64,000 nucleotides of DNA from Podospora anserina (lineage: Eukaryota), in NCBI GenBank assembly GCA_017654855.1, contig CM030338.1, forward strand, positions 3,534,001 to 3,598,000. The letters run 5' to 3'. Every line of letters begins with the position of its first letter. Within the stretch, counting starts at the first letter, position 1. Positions 49,901 through 61,198 of this stretch are shown here, one piece after another. The notes under the pieces are model-generated. The model saw only the letters and a list, made by a program, of their open reading frames with translations, made no database searches and had not been told where the DNA came from. Position numbers and translations under genes: made by a program.

Positions 49901-52681
49901 AAGTATTTAGACGAGAATTTAAAGAGAGGATATATTAGGGAGTTTATATTATTAATAAAATATTTTATATTCTTTATACTGAAGAAAGATAGTAACTTAC
50001 GATTGTATATAAATTACCGTTAAATAAATAATAATATAGTAAAAAATAACTACCTGCAACCGTTAATAATTAGGTTCGGAGTTAATTAATTAAAGCGTAA
50101 TATTTTATACGCTTAAATATACTTATTAAGTACGTCTATATACGGATCAAGGAAGGAAATAAATAAAAAATAGCGTTTCGTATACCCTATAATGATTTTA
50201 AGTATTTCGTAGTACTATTGAGGTTAATTAACACGCTTACGACGTCTTAATCTCTCATTAACTACACAATCCGGAAGTATCTTGATAAAATAGAAATATA
50301 TTATTAAAATAATATTTTTATCTATTTACATACTTTAAAGGAATATAAGCGATATATACAAAAAATATTTAACGTACTATACGGAGCCAAACTTTTAATT
50401 AATAAAGAAAAGAGCGAGTTTTATATATAAAAATAGTATATTTAAATATATAGTATTATGAAATAAAATTCGTGTAGAAATTAGGAAAATTACGGTCGTT
50501 AAGGTTTCATTTATATAATATTTTATATATATAAATTAAGGAATTTTTAATGTTTATGAATTTCTATTGGAGATTTTTCCGGAAGTATATAGGTATTACA
50601 TAATTTCCTAACTACTTAATTAAAAAAAATATAAAGTTCCAGTAAGGGTAAGAAGAAAAATAAGCTTTTTGAAAATAAAATAAAACCTATTTTAAAGGAC
50701 CTGGTACCTAAATTATGAAACTCTAATCGACCGTCTGAGGTCGAGGTTAATATATTAGATTATACGATCGGTAAATAAATGGGTTAGCGAATCGACGACG
50801 GAAAGCTATACTCGGTAACCTTTGTTTCGAAAAAGCTGAAGGGAGCTAGTTAAAACTAGCTAATTTATAATAAGGAATTTTGCCATTATCAAAGTATTCG
50901 AAAAGTACAGACCATATTTTCAAAATATTAATTATAAAATATACATTTATATAGACTATAAAAATCTATAATATTTTGCTATTATACAGTTTTCTTAACG
51001 TATAGTAAACTTAATAATTAGAAATTTTTCGGAATTTAATTTCTGAATTAACTATAAAAAAGGTTCAAAAACTTGAAAGTAAATATATTTAACCGGGCAG
51101 TTGATTATTATGATAGTGAATTTAAAGAGTTATTATTATTACTTAAGAAAATACCGCAGGATACTTTAAAGTATTTCCTTTATTTACAAATAAAGTATTA
51201 TGGAATATATTATATATAAATTACTTTTAAGAAATATTAACGAAAATGAAATACTAATACTACGGAATAATATTAATAGGAAAAGTCGAAGCCGTAGTAT
51301 TTAGAAAGATAATTAAGGATGATTATAATATAAGAATAAGGCCTACGTAAAGCTAATACTAAATTAATATTAATAATAAAAATCTATAGACTAAAGCTTG
51401 GAAAATGTATAGATATTATTAAAGTTATAGAAAAGACTAAGTAGTACTTTAATTAACCTAAAATTAAAAATAATACTAAGCAAGTTATTTATTTATATTC
51501 TACGTACGAAAAAACAAGAATTATACAGTATAAGCTTTATGATCTTGAAAGCTGTTATTAATAGTCAAATAGTTGTAAAGTTTAGTTACGATAGATTTTA
51601 TGACTAAATTATTGAAATCTAAAAGTACAGTAACTGCCGTTAAATATAACAGTATATTAACGGTAATTAATAGGCTTAATAAATAAATATAATTTTTACC
51701 CTATAAAAAAACTTAATCGTCAAAGTCATTAATATATATAGTACTATAGTATATTATATTAATATAATTATAATTAAAAGAATTTATAATAGACTATAAT
51801 ACTAAGTTCGTGTTAAAGTTTTAAAAAGCGTTAAAAAAATGAAGTGAAGGGTAATAAGTAAAGCGTTCTCGGCCTACTACCCTCAAATAAACGGTTAAGC
51901 GGAATAACAAAATTAAATCATAGAATAGTACTTATAAACCCATATTAATTTTTAATAAAACGACTAAGTTAAACTACTACTTATAGTACAGTTAGCATAA
52001 TATATCGCTAATTAAAATAACAAAGTTACGCTCTTTTTCCCGAATTATAAATATAAAGTCTACATTTATTAGGGACCTAATATAGAGCTACGTAAGGCTA
52101 CGGTTAAAGTAAATAAACTATATATATATTACAGTAAATTTATGGAAGAATTAGAGTTTATAAGGGAAAAAATATACAAATATTAAAAGGCTCGAGGGAC
52201 CTTATTTTAAGAGGGAGAATATAATATTTCTTTCTATACGTAATTTACGTACTAAAAGACTTAGTAAGAAGCTAGACTATAGGAGAGTGGGCTACTTTTA
52301 AATTAAAAGGAAGACAGCGGAGGCGGTATTAAGTTAGAGCAACTTAGTACGATGTATCTATAATTACATACTTTATATATTTTACTCTTAAAATCTGTAC
52401 TACCGGTAAATAAAGTTAATACCGAAAAAGTACCGGCGAATAAAAAAATATAACAGAGAAAATATTACATTTATAGTTTAATAAAGGTTAATTAAAATAC
52501 TTAGTTCATTATTTAAATTTTTTAAGTATAAATGATTTATAGGAAATAGCGGTAAACCGAAAGTACTTAAACAAATTAAAAGATTTTCACCGGTAGTATT
52601 TGGACTGACCTAAATTATTTCAATAATTTAAAAAATTAGTATTTAAAATTATGGGTAATATATATAAAGTTAAATATAAAG

Positions 52682-52751
52682 AACTTCGACGGCAGTCGAA
52701 CCCGCACTTCCGAGGTAGCAATTAACGTACCATATACTATACTAGATAATT
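52682..52751 (-). ncRNA. tRNA-like module inside the Gypsy 3' region (antisense to pol)
   Basis: Reverse complement reads TAGTATAGTATATGGTAC..TTGCTAC..GCGGGTTCGACTGCCGTCGAAGTT; homologous to 36145-36214. Confidence 0.65.
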
Positions 52752-54784
52752 AATAAATATTTAGGGACCTACCTATGATTAACGCTATATACCTTAACTA
52801 TTTTAAGAAGTTAGAGGCGTATTACCGGTAATACTTTAGCCCGATAGGAAGGAAGGACCTGCTATATTAGGAAATAAAGAAAGGTCGGAAGGCTAATCGA
52901 GGCATAAAAGAGAATCCAGAAAAGAGAAGTTAGAAAGAATTACAGCGGAGGTCTTCCCTATGAAACGGTCCCAAGGAGAAGCGGAATGAGTAAATTATTC
53001 TTTATATCTAACTATTGCTAACTCCTCTGTACTATCGAAACTACGGAAAACGACCCGTAATATTAGTTCTAACTAAGCTTTCTTTTAGTAATAAAAACGG
53101 CGGATGTTAGCGTAGATTAGTTTTATAATTTTCTCGGCTTACTTTGATTTAGCTTTTATAGCGTCGTAGTAAAAAGAATTCCAAGAAAACTATAGAAAGA
53201 ATACGTTTAAAGCGTGATAACGAAAAAAGATACAGTAATTATATATATAATAGCGTAAAAAATCAGAAAAGGAAAGAACGTAAGAAAAATCATAGCAAGT
53301 ATACGCGGAATAGAACGAGGATATTATAATCGAATTACTGAAGACTCTTTTCGTAAAGCTTTACCGGTACAATATTTTAAAATATCTTGATTTATTTATA
53401 TAGTTAAAATATCGCGAAAAAGGGAAATAACTAAGAGGAGAGATTTATAGGTAGAAGAAAAGGCGATAAACGGTTATTTTAAGAATTAAGTCGACGGAAT
53501 TTCGACCTAGAAGTAAGGGTATTATATTATAGTCAAACTAATTAGTAGGGCGAACCGTATACGGGGTATAAAACGTATAGCTAATCGTTAGTAAAACTAA
53601 TTGTAGTAAAAAATAGCCTCGCTTAACGGATTATTATTAAAAATAATAACCCAGGAGATGATTATTATTAAAAAATAATAATCTAGGAAAGGATTATTAC
53701 CAAAGGAGAATAATCTAGGGAATCCTAAGATCTATATATACGGAGGAACCTAACGGTTAACGGAAGATTCTATAGTATATAATATAAGGTATAATCGTTA
53801 TTATCTTAACTATTGTAATTAGGGTAAGCTATTTGTTCTATACAATATAGCTGTAGCGAATTAGGATTGTTTAGTGCCTTCGATTAATATTCCTTTCGGA
53901 GGTTCCGGATAGGGGTTCGTTATAGTTGTAAATTAATTTTTAATGTAAAACCCGACGATTATAAAGATATTCTAAGTAAGGAAATTATTAAAGGTTGGAT
54001 ATTAAAAACCTTTTTATAATAAAAAATATAATATATTTAAAAGCGTTTAATAGGAGGATAATAAATACGTTTCTTAATTAATTACTTTTTTTATTTAACT
54101 TTAATGATTTATATAATAAGATTAACGATAAACAGTTAATATAGTTGTTTTATAGTATCTCTTAGGAAAATATAAAAAGATTTAAATATCTAAAAAGAAA
54201 GATGTTATTTTATAAATAAATATATTAATATAATTATCTAGATTAACAATTAAGAGTTTTAATATTGTAAAGAAAAAAAAGAGTTCGGGAATTATAGGAA
54301 GCTGATTGCTTAAATAACAATAAATAATAATAATGTTTTAATATTAATTACTCCGAAATTATTTATATAGAGCCTATGACAATTATACGGTTTAATAGTA
54401 AAGTTTGTAAGCCTAAAGAAAAACTAACTTTAAGTTTTTAATTTCTAGAAAAGTAAATTACTTTAAAGAAAATTCTAAAATATTTAAATAGTTTATAGAA
54501 ATCAGAAATCGGAATAATGGTTAGATTAAAAAGTATAAAGCTTATTAAAAACAATACAATTATTTATTATAGAAATACTCTAGGAAATTATGAAGAGAAA
54601 GAGTAATAGTTCCCTATTTTTGGCATTGAGAAAAGGAATAATTTATAATTATATACAAAATATCGGTAATTGAATATTAAAATTGTAAAGGCATAATTAC
54701 TTACTATTATAAAAGTCAAGGCTCCGGATTTAATTAATGAAAGTATAATGACTTATATATTTAAATATATTATTGGGATACACC

Positions 54785-54815
<31 letters not shown>

Positions 54816-55279
54816 CTATATAAAAGAAATCAATAAAAATAGCGTTTCCTTCACATTATAACTATCTTAACTATTGCGTTATATTGTTTAAATTAATCAA
54901 TATACCCGTAAAGTTTTGATCTTTCGTCGATTATATTATCTGAAAATATATCGATAAAAAAAGTTTAATATTCTAATAACGTTTTCATTTACTTGTATAC
55001 TTAAATGGAATATGGACACTACATAGAGGAGATACTTAATGCGCTACATAGAGCCTGACTTAAAATAAATAATTAAAACAGCGAGTTTTATATTTGAAAA
55101 GTAAGGTAGTCAAAAAAATTTATATTCATAGGTAAGGTATATATAGATTTTAAAGCATTAAAATTATTCAAAATTAGTTACAATATAATTATAAATATAC
55201 GATAGTGAATTCTAGAATTGATTAATTTTTGTCAAGTATTTATTTGGAATTACGTAAAAATTAAACGTTTATTTAACTA

Positions 55280-57140
55280 ACGTATTTGATAAGCGAGCGG
55301 ATCGGACAAGCGAGTGGATCGATTTCGTACGCGATATAGCTCTCTACCTGCAACATCGATTTCCTCCACCATACCAAAATATCTTCGATTCTAGTTAAAG
55401 CAAAAGTTATTCTTGCACTCGAAGCTCTTAAAAATAACCCTAAGCTAAGGCTCAAAGCTGTAGCGAGGCTCTATTCTGTACCTTATACTACCCTCCATCG
55501 CCGGCGCGCTAGTAAGCCTGCACGACGCGATATTCTAGCCAACTCACGTAATTTAACGGATCTGGAGGAGAAGACGATAGTTTAGTACGTTCTTAAGCTA
55601 TCTGCACGCGCATTCCCACCTAGATTAAGTGGCGTAGAAGATATGGCCAACCAACTGCTACGCGTACGCGACGCGCCCCCTATTGGTCAACGCTGGGCAT
55701 ATAACTTCGTTAAACGCTAGCTATAGCTCCGTACGCGTTTTACGTGTAAATACGACTACTAGAGGGCTAAATGTAAGGATCCAAAGGTTATTACCGAGTG
55801 GTTTACGTTCGTACGGAATATTAAAATAAAATATAGTATTATAAATAACGATATTTATAATTTTAATGAAATTAGGTTTATAATAAGTATTATTTTTATA
55901 AGTATAGTAATTATAATTTCGGACGGTTTTAATAAAGTAAAAGTAATTTAGTTTAGTAACCGCGAGTAAATAACGGTAATCCAGGGAGTTAATGCCCTTA
56001 GTTAAGCTATCCCGCCTTTTATTATTTTAGCCGTATAGTATTACTTTATTAATTAATATACCGAATATAATTTATTATTTATTTAATATATTATAATTAC
56101 CGATAATAGTTAAACTATTAATCCGGTAAATTTAAATTAAATTAAATATTTCGATTATTATATAGTATTCCGTACGAAAAGTAAACACCGATTATTAATC
56201 TTCGATAACTACAAAAACTATTACTTAATTAAATTCGAACGTTATTACTAATAAAATAATATTATTACGCTCTATATACCTCTACACTCCTCCTACCTCC
56301 TCCAACTACTCAATATTAATTACTTTAGGCCACTAAAATAAGCGTACGGCCGCCAGATCGAGGGCTTAATACGCATATATATTAACCACGTAAGTAAACT
56401 CGAGTTTCTCTGTGCCTTCCGCGAAGCTTTTTTCACCTCTATAACGGAGAAGAATATATACGGTAGCTTTGCGGGTACTAGCTTTATACTATACGATCTA
56501 GAGAAGGTACTTTCTAAACTAAATATAAAGCTTTGTACGCTTATACCCCTATCCTTAAGGCCGGGCACGGTACTACCTTAGGTATTCCAGATACTATAAA
56601 ACCCCCGAGAAACTAATTTATAGTTAACGCTTATTAAGACTCGCATTACTAACTATTAAAATAGCTCCCCGACTTTAATGTTAGCTGCGGTAGACTAGCT
56701 TACTAAAGGTATAATAGCTGTAATACATTAAGTGGCTCCCCTTCAGTTAGAGGTATCTTCGCTCCGTAAGGCGAACGAAGCACTAAGTAAGCGCCGGAGA
56801 GCAAAAAAAACACGCGTATAGCTTGAGGATCACTTACTGTGTAAGATGCACAGGATCTACTGGACCAGAAGGCTGTGGGTGGAGAGGTGGCGCAAGGAAA
56901 GGAGCAGGGTGGTGGTAGTATAGGGGGAGGGCGTACGAAGGTTCAGTGCTGTGGTGTGTGCGGCAAGCCTGGCCATAATATCCGTACGTACCAGGAGGTT
57001 ACAGAAGAGTCTGATTCAGCTGTTTCTGATGTAATTGTAGTAGGTTAATAGTGTTGTTGTTTTGCAATTGAGGATGGTTGTAATAGGGTAGTGGAAATCG
57101 ATCCACTCGCTTGTCCGATCCGCTCGCTTATCAAATACGT
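55280..57140 (+). mobile_element. Fot1/Pot2 (pogo-like) DNA transposon, RIP-inactivated
   Basis: TA-flanked TIRs ACGTATTTGATAAGCGAGCGGATCGGACAAGCGAGTGGATCG; 1861 bp; remnants VPYTTLHRRR, YNFNEIRF, HSSYLLQLLN, CGVCGKPGHN. Confidence 0.94.
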
Positions 57141-60100
57141 TATTTGTTTAAAAAACATATAGAGTTTGAATTAAAATTAGAAAAGAAAATATTACGGGAC
57201 TTAAAACAGACTTTAAAATACCTATGATAGCCGTGATAAAGTATTACGTTATATATTATAAACATATTATTGTTAATGCATTTTCTTGATAAGTAAGAAA
57301 CGGCATTACTGAATAATGTTAATAGAACTAGTAATAATAATAAAGTATTCAGAAAAACAGTAAAGAATAATTATAATACAAAACCGGATTTACATAAATT
57401 TAAGTAATAGGAGGGTACTAATAAAAAAGATTTAAAAATCTTAATTCGGAGGAGTTATAGGTATTATTAGAACTAAAAAAAATAAGTAATACTTTTACGA
57501 ACCAAAATCTAAAGAGAACGTTAAAGATATTAAAATTGTAAACCAAAAATCTTATGGATCGTAAAGCTATTATTAATAACCCAATACCTCTAATGTTTGA
57601 TTATAATAGACATTATTATTAAGTCATCAAAATCTAAAAATCTAAAAATTAATTAATATCATGTTCCGGTATATTATAGTAATATATACAATTGAAGAAA
57701 TTTATTATAAATCGTAACAATAAATCCGCATTAAATGATTAAAAAAGTATTAGTAAAAAACCTAAAAGTTAAAAGTAAAATATTTTGAACTTATTATTTT
57801 TAAACTTATAAGTAAACGGAATAGCCTAGGTAAATTATAAATTACATTTTACAGAAGTTCCCTAGTTTTTAATAATAGCATTAGCTTCAATTATTATTTA
57901 TAATATAAAAGGTATATAATGCATTAATAATAGAAATGATAAAATATTGACTTGTCTTTACAAAATATAAATACGAGGTAAACCTTTAGTTAAAATCTAA
58001 TATAGAAGCACTAGGATAACTGTTGAAGTATATAAGCTTTTTATACCTTAGCATAAGTTTAAAAAACAACTAGAGCTTATGCAGAGAAGAATATATTGCT
58101 GTCATAACTTTTTAAGCGTTAAACATTACTGGTTAAAATAGAAAATAAATCTTTTATATATAACTTAGATATTAAAAAACTAAATAAAATAATACGCTAT
58201 AAGATAATGAAACTATACAAAGTTAAAAGAAACTTCTGAAAACAATATATAAATTTCAGTTACTCAATATAATTTATTTACGGTTATATATTTTTTATAT
58301 TTTGCTTTTAAAACTTATAGGTCCGGTAGATATAATAAATTATTTTAAAAAATAAAAAACGTATAGTATGAAAGAAATACTAAATTTCCTCGATTTAGGG
58401 AAGCCAATTGAAATATCAAATAAATTAATCAAATTATTTAACTAGAAAGAGATTGTAGGAATTTATAGGATATTTTCATGATTATAAAAAGCCAAAGGAG
58501 GTTTATTAAAAGAATTTAGGGTGGCTTAAATTTTGAAAAAAATAGGAGAGGATTAACTGGAGAAAATTTATTTAATATAGTATTTTAATTGATTATACCG
58601 AGGGTATTGCAAACTTAAAGATTTATGATGGTCTCTAATTTATAATAATTTATTTCTTTAAGTTTATTTAAAGAAGTAAGTTTACGTTACACGATTTTGG
58701 TATTCTGAAACGTTAAGAATTAATATTAATAATAAAACCAAAGTAAAGTAACCAGAGTCTCAGAACCCTCCCGCTATATCTTATAAGCGTTATTTACTTA
58801 CGTTAAGAACGTTATTTAATACATTTCTTTTTATAGGTTAGACTTTTAGACTTAATGATTATACGGTTAATGAAAGATAAAAGTTAAGTAGGGATCAAAA
58901 GAAGAATATACATATATATACATTTATATATTTATACGTTAAAACCGAAACTTCAAACCCATTATAAATATCCTTAGGCTACGCTCGCTATAATGCAAAA
59001 AGCGTTCTTATAAAAGAAATATAATATAATTTGGTATTTCAATAGAAAAATAGTACCTATATGAAATATATGTTAAAAGGATTTAGAATTAAAAGTTTTA
59101 AAAATATAGTCAGACATAGTTATAGCTTAAGGAAAGAAAATATAAAAAGGAAACTTATTATGAAAGTATGATAAAAAAATGAAAAATAATGGTTATTTTA
59201 GAAGTTAATCGCCAAGGCGTCGATTTCAAAAGAGAAATATTATACCAATATTAAGTTAGTAGTCAGTGGGATAGTATGCGGGCCGTAAGCCAACTTTAGA
59301 TAATTGTTAATAAAGTAAAAAAATGTAAAGCGACGGGATTACAGTTAAGCCGATGGGGTTACGGTAATTTAAATAATTTAAAAGAAAGAGTGGTAATCCG
59401 GATTACTGTGACGAACCCCTATCCAGAACCTCTGAAAGGGATACTAATCGAAGCCACCTCTGAACAATTCTGGTCCGGCACAGCCTAATATTGTATAATA
59501 AAAGGCTTATCTTAATTATAATAGTTAAGATATTAACGATTATAATTTTACATTATATACTACGGAACTATCTATCTATACTAGCTAGTTCCTCCGTATA
59601 TATAGACCAGTGGATTACCTGAATCACTATACTAAGTGTAATCCTAACTTACTTTTCCTAGTATTAAATCAATATAGATTACAGTACTAAAAGTAATTAT
59701 AAATTACTCTCGTTACTTTAGGATACTTTAGATTACCGCGCTTCTGGCGCTTCTAGGCGCTCTACTTCCTATTAGTTCCCGTAACGATTAGTTAAGCACA
59801 CCCCGTACCCTATATAGTATTTAACTTACCTATTAGCTAATTATAATATAATACCCTCCTCCTAGGTCGACGCCTCAGTAACTAAGTCCCTAAAATAATT
59901 ACGGTTTCTTTCTCCGCTTGATATCCGCTAGTAAAACTTTTTCCTTTACTTTTTTTTCTAAAGCCTTTAATTATATTACACTATATTTTGAAAACTTCTA
60001 ACTTGAAGCTTTTCTAATATACACTTTTCGTAATTACTATCTTTTATTTAAAGTATAAAACTATACTGCATTCCTACTACTTCTCGAAAAGCTTAACGCA

Positions 60101-60421
60101 TAAAATACTAAAATACTTTCTTTTATTATAGTAAATATGCTTACCGCGGGCGTATATATAATAATTCGAATATCCTAACTTCGGTGCGTACGTCCTCCAA
60201 CCTATATTTTATTTTATTTCTTTATTTTTCCCAGCTTATATATATATAGTCGACCGTATAGTAGCCGAAATTCAACGATTAACTCGCGAGGAGGAATTTA
60301 CTAAAAAGCGCCTCTAACATACCCAACGTAAGGTCTAAAAAACTTAACGCGCGACTTGAGAAATTTTTACGATCCTTACTCGCTTTCGTCGCTAACGCCG
60401 CTACCTTTTGTTACGTAGTAC

Positions 60422-60873
60422 TGTGACGAACCCCTATCCAGAACCTCTGAAAGGGATACTGGTTGAAGGTAACTTCTGAATAATCCTGGTTCGGTGCAGC
60501 TAAATAGTGCACAACAAATGGCTTGTCTCGATCAAAATAGCTAAGATACCACGATTGTGACTTGTCATTGCATACTGCGGAACTGTCTATCTACACCAGC
60601 CAGTTCCTCCGTATATATAGACCTTGGGATCGTGAGGTGCTCACCCTGCTATGGCCCCGATCACCCCTAGCACATTGCATCCTGCAACGTGCTCGTCGTG
60701 CTATGCCTCTGATCACCCTTAGCATCTTGCATCCTGCAGACTGCTCGTGAGCCTTGGCGCCATAGCACTTTTGTCCTGGCCTGATTGGCTTGTTCCCTGG
60801 CTTCCTTAATGATTGGCTAGGGGCGACCTGCGCCCCACATGTGGCGCGACTTGCCGTTGGGTTAACTGTGACA
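60422..60873 (-). mobile_element. Gypsy solo LTR with 5-bp TSD
   Basis: TGTGAC..GTGACA, 452 bp, TSD AGTAC; nearly unmutated; nested in the Gypsy 3' region. Confidence 0.95.
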
Positions 60874-61128
60874 AGTACCGAAATAGCCGGGCGTAGCCTT
60901 ACTTCCCTAAACGAGTTCGAAGCGCTAGATCGTCGCGAGTTCAAGGCCGCTATGGCTATATAGGCCCCAGGTATTTTTAACTCGAACGTTTAGAACGCCA
61001 TACTAAGCGGCGTCCCCTTAATTAACCCTCTCCTTTCGCCTCTGGCCTAGGCCCCTCTAAATTCCTCCGGCGGATTTCCTTTAACTTCTTGGGCTAGCTA
61101 GTAGCACACCGGTCGCTTGGTACTTACT

Positions 61129-61198
61129 AACCTTATAATATAGTATATAGTACGTCGACTATTACGTCGGAGGCGCGGGTTCGATTCCTGTCGAGGTT
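61129..61198 (+). ncRNA. tRNA-like module inside the Gypsy 3' region (antisense to pol)
   Basis: AACCTTA..TAGTATATAGTAC G TCGAC-TATTAC-GTCGG AGGC GCGGG-TTCGATT-CCTGT CGAGGTT; third homologous copy. Confidence 0.7.

Larger units (their letters stand above)
45857..53924 (+). mobile_element. Full-length-like RIP-degraded Ty3/Gypsy chromovirus-type LTR retrotransposon
   Basis: 5' LTR 45857-46256; gag ~46950-49050; protease remnant ~49210; RT ~49800-50500; RNase H; integrase (DFMTKL ~51594); chromodomain remnant ~52450-52600; PPT ~53509-53519; 3' LTR 53525-53924. Confidence 0.9.

Noticed and set aside
53628-53720. Three ~30-bp tandem repeats (similar array at ~45950-46020) as a CRISPR-like array
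   Set aside because: No spacers; these are tandem duplications inside LTR U3 regions of a eukaryote.
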